The translations under genes and the position numbers were made by a program. The notes beneath the pieces were generated by a model. The model was not told the origin of the DNA. It was given only the letters and a program-made list of their open reading frames with translations, and ran no database searches. A stretch of DNA of 64,000 nt from Octopus sinensis (lineage: Eukaryota): the NCBI RefSeq assembly GCF_006345805.1, contig NC_043000.1:135966001-136030000 (forward strand). Direction: 5' to 3'. How positions within the stretch are numbered: position 1 is the stretch's first letter; each line of letters starts with the position of its first letter. Shown here one piece after another: positions 26,200 through 38,915 of this stretch.

Positions 26200-26740
26200 A
26201 GAACATACCTAAAGGAAGTTACATCAACAATATATGTTGGCAATGAAATAAACTTAAATCTTTAATTAGTTTAACAAACACTTTCTACGATTCATACTGA
26301 TATTATTCACCCATAAGTTATAGCTTACAGAAGGTATTCCCTTAATTAGTTTTATAGTTTAATTCAATCATAAACAGACTTAACTATAGAAATATCTTAA
26401 TCTTGGCCAAAATAATATTTACAAACTCAATGGCATAAAAACTTGACTAGAGGCATACCAAAACGTATTTGACAAAAGGGTCGATTTAGCTAGATTAACA
26501 GATTGATGTAGCGTATTTAAAACACATTTTGAAGCATATTCAAAATACATTCCAACACCATCAAGCATAAGGAAAATAAATACCACACAACAGAAAATAA
26601 CTAATGAAGAAGCAGTGCATAACACAAACCAATGAACAAATATACGTATGACACTACACCAAAGAATATAATATACCATTAAAACGATTCTCGCCAGAAG
26701 ATCGTAAAGGCGTGAAACCCAAGTTGCGAGATAAACCTTC
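26200..26740 (+). pseudogene. Highly decayed Penelope-like EN 3' end with degenerate HHR
   Basis: IYVG-like motif, and an HHR-like fold at 26689-26731 with a perfect 6-bp stem I (TCTCGC/GCGAGA). Confidence 0.4.
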
Positions 26741-26806
26741 AGCTTCAATCGACATTATATCTGTCTCTTAGCTACACGCCTTCGTGGGCACACACACACA
26801 CACATA

Positions 26807-26840
<34 letters not shown>

Positions 26841-27451
26841 TCTATGTATGTATGTTTGAATGTATGTATGTATGTATGTATGTATGTATGTATGTATGTA
26901 TGTATGTATGTATGTATCTATCTATCTATCTATTTGTCTGTCTATCTATCACTTTGTCTGTCTGTCTATCTATCTATCTATCTACCTATATATCTATCTG
27001 TTTGTCTATGTATGCATATGTGTGCGTGTGTATGTGTATGTGCTCGCACGCGCGTGTGTGTCCGGGTGATAAAATCCATCCTGCGATCATTTATAGGTCG
27101 ACTGTTTTAACAAACGAAGACGCCTGGAAGGACCTTTAATGTATGGAACCGTTTTTATTATCAGACATTACGCTTATCAAATAACAATTAATCCATTGAC
27201 TAAGTTTGGATTATATTAATAAGAGAGGCAATGAAAAACACATGTGTAAATCATTTGAGAAAAAGGAGAACAAAAGGGCAAATAATACTTTAAAGATATC
27301 AGGTTATAACATATAAGTTGTTCTTTACACTTTCTCACGTGTTTAATAATGGATTAACAATCAAATACATCACGTGTGTAAATATGGTTTCGAACGTGGA
27401 TGAATACCCAAACAACACACACAGCCATTTATATCTCTCTCCCTCTCTTTA

Positions 27452-27513
<62 letters not shown>

Positions 27514-27664
27514 GTGAAATAGAAAGATGAATAATCTTGTAGTAGATTAATCAAAATTTAACCGATACCTTAGTAGCAAAAATCACAGCAGTAAACAGCA
27601 CGGTTGGAGGTGCAACCATCTGGCGTTGCAACCGTGCGTTGGTGCGGATAATTGAAATTAAAAC

Positions 27665-27963
27665 ATTATTGTGAATTGAAGAAATGGAGCGGAACGCAGA
27701 TTGAACAGAAATCGTTTTATTTCATTCTACACGTGTTTCGAAAGGCACAATTACCAAAATCCGATTGAATAATGGGACCATATTGTGTCTTTCTCTTCAG
27801 GAAAAAAAAGGAAATCCGTTGGAAAAAACAAAACAGAACAGAGGCGGAGCAAAAACAAATCGAACTATGCTCCTAAGAGCCCATGGCGAAACACGTGTAG
27901 AATGAAATAAAACGATTTCTGTTCAATCTGCGTTCAGCTCCATTTCTTCAATTCACCAATAAT
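27665..27963. repeat. ~75-bp near-perfect inverted repeat flanking a ~146-bp spacer
   Basis: 27666-27740 versus 27887-27962 differ by one substitution and one indel. Confidence 0.93.
27720..27808 (-). ncRNA. Type I hammerhead ribozyme (intact core)
   Basis: ttc-CTGAAGA-gaaagacacaat...attgtgcctttc (11 of 12 paired)-GAAA-C ACGT G-TA/gaa. Predicted cleavage between 27728 and 27727. Confidence 0.8.
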
Positions 27964-28004
27964 ATATATATATATATATAATAATATAATATATATATAT
28001 ATAT

Positions 28005-28437
28005 ATTATAAGTTTCTTTATTGGCCACATAGGGCTGCCCACAGATGGGACAAATTACAAGTAGAGCTTTTCTTTTGGGGGTGATAAAACAAAAAACAAA
28101 AGAAAAAAAGTGGCGTAGGTTTTCGATCAAAAGGGAAAAAAAGGAAAAAAATGGAAAAGAAACAAAAGAAAAGAAAAAGGAAAAAAGAAGAAAAATGGGG
28201 AAAAAAGGGGAAGAGGAAAAAAAACGATCAATAGGGATCGTGCATCACAGTGTCATGATGTACGGTGTAAAGGGGGAAGCAGATAAGGTTTATCCGTGGG
28301 AAGAAAAGCTTACGAAAAAGACCACGGTAACCTCGGTCAATATTGTTATATGTTACCACATTTGTTTGCAAGTGGGTAACCCTCTGTTTTCAATTTCTGG
28401 GTTCATAGGATTATGCTCAAGGTGGCTTCGTCATTAT
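28005..28437 (-). mobile_element. 3' end of a LINE (Tx1-like), ORF2 end plus 3'UTR
   Basis: Minus NDEATLSIIL* followed by a pyrimidine-rich UTR ending GTGGCCAATAAAGAAAC(TTATA)n. Family assignment is from recall. Confidence 0.4.
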
Positions 28438-28799
28438 ATATAATATATATATATAATATATGTATATTATAGATAGATAGATAAATATATGAATATACCT
28501 TTTAACGCACAATTATATATCCACGAAACTGTATAAATACACACGTTTTTTTTGCATGTATATGCATTATGTGAGTATGTTTTAAGAGAGAGAGGAGAGA
28601 GAGAGAGAGAGAGGGAGAGAGAGGTGGATAGGAAGAGAGAAAGAAACAGTTACTGATAATTCTTTCTTAAGATTTAAACCCCCAGATTGATTTTTCTGAA
28701 TCTGTCATTTGTTTGATGATGTGCTTTCATAAAGGGATTGGCGCCAACATCATATTAATGTAAGATAAGCCGAAACAGAATGTTAAAGCGCGCGCACGC

Positions 28800-28806
28800 A
28801 AACAAA

Positions 28807-28841
<35 letters not shown>

Positions 28842-29290
28842 CGCCACGCACACACACATACACACACACCGCGCACACACACACACACACACACGCACAC
28901 ACACATACACCACACACCACACACCACATACACACACCGCACACACACATACAACACACACACGACACACCCACACACACACACCACAAAACGCACACAC
29001 ACAAACGCACACACACATACGTGTATCTGTGTGTTTATGTTATATGTTATGTATGTGTGTGTGCATTTTTACGTGCCTGTTTGTATGTCCATATATATAT
29101 TATATATATATATATATATACATACATACGTATATGTATGTATATATATATATATATATTATATATACATACGTATATGTATGTATATAATATATATATA
29201 TTATTATATATATATATATACACATAGATATATGTATGTATGCACATACATAGATATATATGTGCGTATATATATATATATATATATACA
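28800..29290. repeat. Compound (CA)n/(TA)n microsatellite
   Basis: Seen directly in sequence. Confidence 0.95.
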
Positions 29291-30171
29291 CGCAAATACC
29301 CCTCACAGATATATTGACGTTAAGAAACAAAGAATATTTTTTTTTAAGATCATCATCAGTATTAACCAAAAAGTTAGAGAGAAAATACAAAAAAATATCA
29401 ACTGCAATACATAAGAATAGTCACAATATTTCAAAGATTATTGAGAAATAATAAGGAAACTGGCAGTTATTATCAATGGAATTAGAGACACGAGTACAAC
29501 AAAGGCAAAGTTTGAGGGCAGTACTGTTATATTCAATTGATTTACAAAGCTACTGAAACAAATTTTGAAATAAGATATTTATTTAGAATTTGCATTAACT
29601 TTTCTCCGGCATTATATATTTTTTTAATAATGATTTGTTTTGAATCGAAATTATGATATACAGAAGAATAAGAGAATTACAAAGAATTAAAAGTAGATGG
29701 CAAATTTCTATTCTGAGGCATAGACATACATACATAAATATATATGTATGTGTGCCTACACATGTATATATATATGTGTGTGGTATTAATTTTGAATCAG
29801 CGTCAGTAGCACAAACACAAATCAAAGCTGAGAGTTTGTGATAACACAAAAGAAATCCCTCTTTAATTATTAAAATTATTCATTATGAACATCTTGCAAT
29901 GAATAAAGGTGACTAGAAGTCTGTCACCTTCATCCCATTTATGCTATTAAATGTTATCATTGTAACGAAAATCATATTTAATTAATAAAATTTACCTGGA
30001 GAACCAGACTCACTATTCATAAGCAAGAAATACAAGATTCTAGGACTAAACAGATTCTTCTAAGCGAACATTTAGCCTTTTGTTAACAAACAAAAAGGCC
30101 ACCAAAATTTCTAATTTTCCCTCTTTAACTTTGTTCTGATGAGATCATGGATCAATCAATTTTTTTTCTAT

Positions 30172-30462
30172 TTATGCGCCCTTTTCAAGCCTAGCCAGGC
30201 TCATGGGCCCGGTGTCCCGGTTTCTGTGGCGTATGTGTCCCCCCCCCCAGCTGGACGGACGCCAATCCATCGCAGTGTTACTCAACAAAGAAAGAGTGAG
30301 AGAAAGTTGGGGGCGAAAGAGTAAAACAGGGGTCGCCACCACCCGCTGCTGGAGCCTCGTGGAGCTTTAGGTGTTTTCGCTCAACGCCCGGTCTGGGAAT
30401 TGAAACCGCGATCTTCCGACCGTGAGTCCGCTGCCCTAACCACTGGGCCATTGCGCCTCCAC
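30172..30462 (-). mobile_element. SINE family B chimera (body 1 + tail 2)
   Basis: Head and body as in 14916; tail GAGTAACACTGCGATGG...CTGGCTAGGCTTGAAAAGGGCGCA as in 20149. Confidence 0.85.
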
Positions 30463-30774
30463 ACATGGATCAAATACGAACAAAAATTGTGTCTTCAAAA
30501 AGTGTAAACAATTACTGAATAGTCTCTAACTGTGTATCCAACTGATATATAGTGCATGTCACTATCGAGAATTTGAAACTAGAGCTCATTGCTTTCTTGT
30601 TGAGAAATCTTTACTAACTTCAAATGAATCTACGAAATTGAGTAATGACGTTATCAAGGAACTAGCCGGCTGCTTTTGATAAAACATCAAACTGACTTAA
30701 AGACATGAATAAAAAACTTACCAGTAGAATTCCACCAATTCTTTTGATCATGTTACGTAGGAACTAACCCTTAA

Positions 30775-31178
30775 TCTCTCTATATATAAACGGCAGTTTG
30801 TCTGTCTGTCTGTGTGTCTGTCAGCTTGTACCCTCACCCTGACCACAGCTTTCAATCGATTCTGATGAAACTTGACACACACATAGCCCAATGTCATAAT
30901 TCAAAACTAACGCATCGAAAATTTTGAAAAGTTCCCCGAGTTCTGAAAAAAATCGATAAATTCGACATAGGGTCGAGAATCTAAGCTTTTTATATGCAAC
31001 ACATTTTCTGTCGGGAGACAGCTAGGAACATCGTATACATAGAAGTATTCGAGTGAAGAGAAGACATTGCAACCTACACATGCGCCTTCGTTCTCTAGAG
31101 GGAAAGAACTAGATTGGGATTAGTCGTTGCCTACTAGGGGCTCTTACATAACCGGGCAACGCCGGGCTATGCTGCTAG
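30775..31178 (+). mobile_element. Non-autonomous Helitron
   Basis: A|TC start, subterminal CCGG-gcaacg-CCGG hairpin, CTAG|T end; canonical Helitron termini at an AT target. Confidence 0.85.
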
Positions 31179-32404
31179 TCTTTATATAAAACTACTCAAG
31201 GACTACTAGAACAGAAAAGAAATGAAAGCAGCCACGTGTACTACCAGGCATATTTCTATATTCAAATTCATCTTGAGAGTTAACACTGTCAAATGTGAAG
31301 AAGTGTCACACGCCCTTTCTGTGTTAAACGATCACAAAAATATTTAGTATCAGGGTATTCATTTTGAAAATTATGAAATTGTGAAACCAGTTAATTAAAT
31401 ATAAGTACTTACTCAGACTTTCAATTTCTTTTCTTTATACTTCTATTCTTTTGACAAACATCTCCTCTATTTCTCTCCCCCTTCTTTCTCTTTCATATAT
31501 ATAATGAAGTCATATATATCTCCTCATATATATATATATATATATTATATATATGTGTGGGTGTTGTGTTGTGTGGTGTGTGTGTTGTGTATGTATATAT
31601 ATATATCATACATACTGTACAAATCTGTAAAACTTTCCAGAAGTTTAGCATTTAAATATATATGAGAATGATTAGATATGCAACTATATGCATGAGAATA
31701 CATACATAAAGCAAACCATACAAATCTGCACATACACGTACATACATAAATACATACATACATACATACATATATGCATACATACATACATACATACATA
31801 CATACATACATACAAGCAAAATACCATATTGTTGATGTTGGAAGTCCAATGAAGGAGCCTTGAATCTAGGTTTGAAGCCGACTCTTTCACTATTGGGAAG
31901 AAATCTTCAAATAAAACTGAAAAATGATACACACACACACACACACACACACTTCCTTCTCAGTTCTTTCTTCTGCTGCAGCCAATCAGATCGGTATATG
32001 TGAAAAGATAACTTTTCATCAAATGATTTCTATCAGCTAAAATTTGCTATAAATTCAAGCAGGTTCAAGAAAGATTATCTCTTTTGGATAAATACCAATA
32101 GGCGCCTCTTGACTGAAGACAGTTGCTCTCATCAAGACTAAAATGTTATTGGTAAAAGGCATGTGGATTACTGTTTCATATGCCCTGAAATAGCAAATAA
32201 AAACACACCATTCTTTTGTTTAGCCTCTATTGACATGTGCGTGTGTGGATCCTTTTGGTCAACGTGTATGAGCGCATGTGTTTGCATATCTGCGTGCTCG
32301 CACGCACATACACGCGCATATAAGTTCAAAATTTATGAGGAAAAGAATACAGAAAACAAAATGAAAGCAACGCGTGATTATTTGTTTAAAGCTCAATGAA
32401 AGAT

Positions 32405-32820
32405 TGAGGAAGTATTGCCGAACATTTCCGTGACATTATACACTGCAACGACTACACCCAGTTATGCGTCAGTTCCGCTCGACTGGCCATTCCCTGCAAC
32501 ATCTACGTTCAGACTCCCATCCACCCGGACTCCCATCTCAGTTTGGAACAGGAATTTATTTTTTCTCAGGAACTAATTTTTCCTCACGGACTTAGTTCTT
32601 CTCCTCTCCTCAAACACAGATACACACGCACACAATGACCTCATGTATTCATCCACACTTGTTATTTTCTCTTTAGTTTCTCTCTTCTAATCTGTTCTTT
32701 CCGCAGAAGAGCGTTGGCTCGAAATGTAAAAGGCTTCTTCCAATTTTCCTGAGCGTCAACCTAATGCACCCTGTTGGTTTGTTTGTTGACACCTTCTTTG
32801 TGTTTTTTATCTTTATGTAC
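32405..32820 (+). pseudogene. Penelope-like (Neptune-type) EN C-terminus plus 3' pLTR
   Basis: AEHFRDII...FRSTGHSLQHL...LEQEFIF..GTNFPHGL, followed by an HHR-like motif (32697-32732) and the TTTCCTGAGCGTC motif shared with family P. Confidence 0.75.
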
Positions 32821-32970
32821 CATACACACGCGCACACACACACACATATATATATGTATAAATATCATGAGATATACATACGCGTTTCTCTGTACATATG
32901 TATATATATATATATATACATAGAGAGAGAGAGATAGTGAGATGTATATGTATATATGGATGAGTGTGTA

Positions 32971-33001
<31 letters not shown>

Positions 33002-33039
33002 ACGTATTGGTTTGTTCTCTATAAGCCCGAAAAACAGCA

Positions 33040-33548
33040 GACTCTAAAAGAATCTTTAAAGCAGTAATATTTAATGGTTATAGTCGGTCAGAAAGTTAAC
33101 CGGGGTTTCACGTCTATCATTGCCCTTTGTAATATAGGCGACTCATCAGACCTGTTGGCTGGACGCACATAACCTCTGTACTAAACCAGGTAAGTGTACA
33201 GTCTTGATCAGCAAGGTTGTGAATAAAATACCTGAAACGAAATTCTTCGAAGCGGAAAGCCCTTTTGACTAGTTCGAGCTGTTTCCGTTAATGTACGATT
33301 TTCGTTCACTAGGCAGCAAGCGAGTTTTCTCTAATAAGGGCATAGACTAAACACCTCAGCTTTGGAATTTAAGAAGGCCTGTAGGTCAAGCGAATTCTTT
33401 TGGGATCCTTACCTTCTCGGCCAAGCAAGGTCTGTATCGTTCGCTCCTATTGTCGTATGGTCCAGGCTCTGTTTCAGGAACTTCCATTTAATACTCTTCT
33501 TTTAAACGCCATATGTAGTTGGCCAAAGACGTAACGTTGCACGCCATA
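33040..33548 (-). pseudogene. Penelope-like EN C-terminus plus 3' region with HHR
   Basis: TSLANYIWRLKEEY...PYDNRSERYRPCLAEKVRI...FLNSKAEVFSLCPY, with CTGATGA...GAAA downstream. Confidence 0.8.
33092..33154 (-). ncRNA. Hammerhead ribozyme, core intact, stem II damaged
   Basis: ggt-CTGATGA-gtcgcctat...atagacgt-GAAA-ccccgg-TT/aact. Sister copy with a mutated core at 4022-4080(-). Confidence 0.5.
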
Positions 33549-33562
33549 TATGAATGTGTGTG

Positions 33563-33630
<68 letters not shown>

Positions 33631-34319
33631 TATGCATAAGTATGAACATACAAATAGTCCACAAGTTATTTCGCCGGTAATTCACAAAAACATGTATTTC
33701 TTTAAAATAGTAATAACTATATACAAAATAACTACAACCGTCACTCACTGACCAATACGATTAGTAGCATCACCATGCCTCTGCTAATTGTTTTAGGTAC
33801 GTATGTAGTTGCGAGACGACAAAGGTACCCTCTTGACTCTTGACACAGGGGAAGATCAAATATTTGGAAGCTAGAGTGAGGAAGAGGTTGCACCAGTATC
33901 GACTTGATACACATTTTCAGCTGAGTAAACTGTAGCAACACGAAATAAAGTGTCTTGCAAAAGAACATCAAACACCACTCGGTTCAGGGACTGAAACTGC
34001 AACCTTATTATTACGAGACCAGTATTTTTACCATTATACCACACCCACAACACACACACTCCCGGACATAAATATATACAAACTCATATACACGCGCTGT
34101 TAGATAGAATCATGAATTGGTGATGGGAGATCTAAAGCTACGAAACCTTAGAGATAAAACAACAATGGATCGCGATGCATCGAGATATGTTGTGTTATAA
34201 ACACTCCTGCCCTCACCACTGCGAAAAAATATTAAAACATTTATAATATTTAGAGAAGTATACATGCATATGCACAAAAAAATACCAAATCACAGATCCA
34301 TGTGTAATGCACAAACACT

Positions 34320-34444
34320 TATATATGTATATATATATATATGTCTATCTATCTACCTATCTATCTATCTATCTGTATGTATGTATATATATATATATAT
34401 AATATTTAATATATATATATATATATATATATATCTATATAGAT

Positions 34445-34484
<40 letters not shown>

Positions 34485-34540
34485 TATATATATATATATA
34501 GTATATATATATATAAGATAATATATATATATTATATATA

Positions 34541-34578
<38 letters not shown>

Positions 34579-34948
34579 CATATAGATGGATATAGATATA
34601 TATTAACGTTACATTCTTTTAATGTTGATGTGTAAGAAATAATATGGGTATGTAAATTCACGAAATATATATATATAAAAAAGCAACATATATACACTTA
34701 TACAAATACACTTACAATTGAAGGGATCCATTTTAAAACATTGGTATAAACATCTGATTATATCTAGATATTCAACTAAGCTAGGGTGGGGATGGTTCTT
34801 TGCATTCAAGCTTTATTTAGATAGATCGTTATTGGAGTATCTATTATTGGATTTTCTGTAAATCTTGAGTTTTTATTGATGCATGGATATTTCCATATTT
34901 CCTGTTGTATATACATACACACATACATACATACATACATACATAGAT

Positions 34949-34980
<32 letters not shown>

Positions 34981-35023
34981 TTAGATAAATAGATAGATAT
35001 ACATATATAGATATGTGGTTATA

Positions 35024-35091
<68 letters not shown>

Positions 35092-35199
35092 ATATTTGTA
35101 TACTTTATGTGCATGTCAAGTGATGTGATTGATTCTTGATTCTAACATTGAATAATATTCTATAACATTGCATGCCATTATACATACATATATATATAT

Positions 35200-35258
<59 letters not shown>

Positions 35259-35380
35259 TATATACATATATATACATATATATACATATATATATATGCA
35301 TGTATGTATGTATGTATGTATGTGTGTGTATGTATATACATATGTACACATACACACACGTACATATATATATATATGTA
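34320..35380. repeat. Clusters of (TA)n/(TATG)n/(TCTA)n microsatellites
   Basis: Seen directly in sequence (34320-34600, 34910-35380). Confidence 0.9.
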
Positions 35381-36499
35381 CCTATTTTATGCCTGTCAGT
35401 ATTGTAGTTGTGTTTTGCTACAATGGTTGCTGTTTTCTTTTGTTCTCGTACGCTATTGTTGTGCTTACAATTGGTGTTGGTTGTATTGATGCTGTTTGTT
35501 AACGGTTTTGTTTTTGTTTCTATTGGTTTTCTTGACGTTAAAACAGTTGTTGATGTAGTAGATTCTAATGTTGTGCATATTGTTGATTGTCTAGTTTTAT
35601 TGTTAGCGTTGTATCATGCATATTTTTTTTTGTTTTTGTCTTTAGTTATTTACATGCTTTTTATTTATACATTATGTTGTTGACATATTGTATTTGATTC
35701 AACTGCAATGTAGAGCATTTGGAAGTGTTTAAAATGCAATGATGGATGATGATGATGATGATGATGATGATGTTGTTGTTTATGATGATGATGATGATGA
35801 TGATGATCATGATCATGATGGCGATGATGATCATTGTATGCGCACTGTATTTAGTAAAAAAAAAAAGAATGAAATAGCTCAGCAGAAAAATGTTTCACTG
35901 CTTCAATTACACTTATAATAAACTGTACATTCAACGAAATGGATATAAAGGAAGAGAGTCGACGTTGGATTGTGGTTGTTTTAATTCCTGAATAAGAAGG
36001 ACATACAACATATACAAGCGCTTTGTTAGGTGTGTGTTTATGAGTATATATGTTTGCATGTGTCTGAGTATGTGTGTGTGGAGTGTATAAGTGTATGAGT
36101 GTCTGTGTTTATGCGAATGTACGCGTATTGGTATGAAAGTGAATTCGTAAGTGAATCTTTGCGTGTGTGCATGTGCATTGTTTTGCATGATGTTTTGCAT
36201 CGACGTTATTCATTTTTATTCCTTTACATTTACAGGATGAAAATCTGTATGCTGTTGCAATAACTGCTGTTACAGCTAGTTGATGATCCAATTGCAAGTT
36301 GTTCAACTAGTAAGTAGCAATATAAACTGTTGCCAGGCAAATCGACTGAAGAAAAGGCGATTGCGTGTCCTCAGTTAAAGCACAGCTCAATGCTTGTACA
36401 AAGGGCGAAAGCCTAAACGGTGTGGATTGCATCCACAAAATCGACTGAAGTAACAAATAAATCTCAGTAGAGGAGTATGGAATTGAATAGAGGGGTGTG

Positions 36500-37015
36500 A
36501 ATAACCTAAACTCTTCTTTAACATCCTAAAATCTAATTTTCCAGCTCAGCATAAATACTATCCCATCTTTAACAAATCATCAGTGAAAATCTCTTACCCC
36601 ACTACAATTAATTTAGGATCCATAATCGCCACCTCGAACAAACGCAAACTCCAACATCAGTCCTCTGAACACCTAAACTCTCACACTGCACCCCCAAGTT
36701 AGCCCACATAGTAGCAATAACACAACCCTTAATAATCCACCTCAGTTAAATAATACTAAACACAAGCCTTCATTCCACAGTCCTACCTATGCGATAACAA
36801 ATACTAGCTGCAATACACCTCGCATTCCATTACAAATACAGATCACACACTTGGTTTCCCCCCACTGACAATGAACCAACCGAGTTCAATGTCACTGGCA
36901 TTAAATCCCAATCACGGAAGGTAGGAAAACTTGTAATTGTCGAGTATCTCAATTATGCCCTCTTGGAGGCTCCTGTCTACAAGTGCCGTGTTATAACATC
37001 AATGGCCAGCATATT
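36500..37015 (+). pseudogene. Penelope-like RT-thumb/EN remnant
   Basis: KLFFNILKSNFPAQHKYYPIFNKSSVKISYPTTINLGSIIATSNKRKL ... GKTCNCRVSQLCPLGGSCL. Confidence 0.82.
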
Positions 37016-37135
37016 AAAAAATACATTTAAAGGTTAAATTTCATAAACTTATAAACAAGGGCAAAAAAAAAAAATGTTTTCTCTGTGAGAGTTTTCAGTT
37101 CGAAATATATTTTATATATATATATATATATATAG

Positions 37136-37274
37136 GCGCAGGAGTAGCTGTGTAGTAAGTAGCTTGCTTACCAATCACATGGTTCCAGGTTCATTCCCAC
37201 TGCGGGCAAATGCCTCGGGCCGACTAAAAGCTTGTGAGTGGATTTGGTAGAAGGAAACTGAAAGAAACCCGCCG

Positions 37275-37331
<57 letters not shown>

Positions 37332-37515
37332 TTGTGTGTCTGTGTTTGTCTCCCCAACATCGTTTGGCAACTGATGCTGTTGTATTTTCGCCTCCGTAAC
37401 GTAGCGGTTCGGCAAAAGAGACCCATAGAATAAGAACTAGGCTTACAAAGAATAAGTCGACTAAAGGCGGTGCTCCAGCATGACCGCTGTCAAATTACTG
37501 AAACAAGTAAAGAGT
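37136..37515 (+). mobile_element. SINE family A
   Basis: Homology to 1176-1585 with two internal deletions. Confidence 0.88.
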
Positions 37516-37947
37516 ATATATATGTATATATGTATGCATGTATGTATGTGTTTATTACTATATGAAATAAGCTATGAGTGCATTTCCAGATCGTAATTTA
37601 GTTCATTTGATTTTTTGGTTCATTGTACATATTAGCAGATAAAAAAAATCATGCCTGTTCACGGTATATACGGTGAAAAGCCCGCTCAAAGCATTTTGTA
37701 TTGATTAAGTGATCAACGTAATCAAGTATTATTCATTATGCATCAGCAGGAAATTTGAATTTCTTAGGAAAGATATTCGGCTTAATCAAAATATAGAGCG
37801 AAACCAGCCGATATATAATTTTCATGTATGAAACTGTCCCCTAACGAGAAAATGCCTATCACTTTGGAAGCATATTTGGAAATACATAAAGAAAAACCTG
37901 GGGTTTTTTATTATTATATGGTCAATATTAGTTGAGGTTCATATAAA

Positions 37948-38150
37948 GCAGCGAGCTGACAGGATCATTAGCATGCTGAGGAAATGCTTAATGGCACTTC
38001 GTCCGTCTATATGTTCGAATTCTACCGATGCCAACTTTATCTTTCATCCTGTCGGGATCGAAAACTAAATAACAGTTGAGCACTGGGGTTGATGTAATCG
38101 ATATATCCGCTCTCCTGAATTTGCTGGCCTTGTGCCAAAAATTGAAATCA
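37948..38150 (+). mobile_element. SINE family C, diverged
   Basis: Family C head and core. Confidence 0.7.
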
Positions 38151-38410
38151 ATATTAGTTGAGACACGAGCATTTTAGGAAAAATTCAAAGTCCTGAATCC
38201 TTTGTCTTTCAGAAAAACTCTCCATCACCTGCTACTTCTTTCCGATCTAAGACAAAACATGTAAACTATTCTGGCTTGCTAGGTATTTTTTTAGGAAATT
38301 TCGAAGGAGACTTTGTTTTCTCAAACAAAAGCATATGCCTAATTCTATACAATAACAAAAGCTATAATCTAGTAGGTTTATACTTACAATGAGAGTATAC
38401 TACTCTTATG

Positions 38411-38658
38411 TGGAGGCGCGTGGCTTAGTGGTTAGGGTGTCAGCATCATGATCGTAAGATTGTGGTTTCGATTCCTGAACCGAACGACGCGTTGTGTTCT
38501 TGAGCAAAGCACTTCATTTCACGTTGCTCCAGTCCACTCAGCTGGCAAAAATGAGTAACGCTGCGATGCACTGGCGTCCCGTCCAGCTGGGGAATACATA
38601 CGCCATAGAAACCGGGGAACCGGGCACATGAGCCTGGCTAGGCTTTAAAAGGGCGCAG
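38411..38658 (+). mobile_element. SINE family B (body 2 + tail 2)
   Basis: Near-identical to 20149-20396. Confidence 0.9.
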
Positions 38659-38698
38659 TTATTTTATTTTTATACTGCTCTATTAATATTGAGTTGAA

Positions 38699-38915
38699 AG
38701 GCGTCAAGCTGGCAGAATTGTTAGTGCGTCAGACAGTATGTTCAGTGGCATTTCTTCCAGCTCTTTATGTTATGAGTTCAAATCCTGCCGAAGTCGTCTT
38801 TCTCTTTTATCCTTTCGAGTTTAATAACAGAAGTACTGGTTGAACACTTGGGTTAATGTAATCGACTTAATCCCCTCGACTAAACTTGGTGATTTTGTGC
38901 CAAATTTTGAAGCAG
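38699..38915 (+). mobile_element. SINE family C, diverged
   Basis: Family C head and core. Confidence 0.7.

Noticed and set aside
30855-30880. CTGATGAAAC as a hammerhead core
   Set aside because: It is internal Helitron sequence with no stem II or III.
36335-36450. CTGAAGA...GAAA upstream of the 36.5-kb Penelope remnant
   Set aside because: No consistent stem I, II or III pairing.
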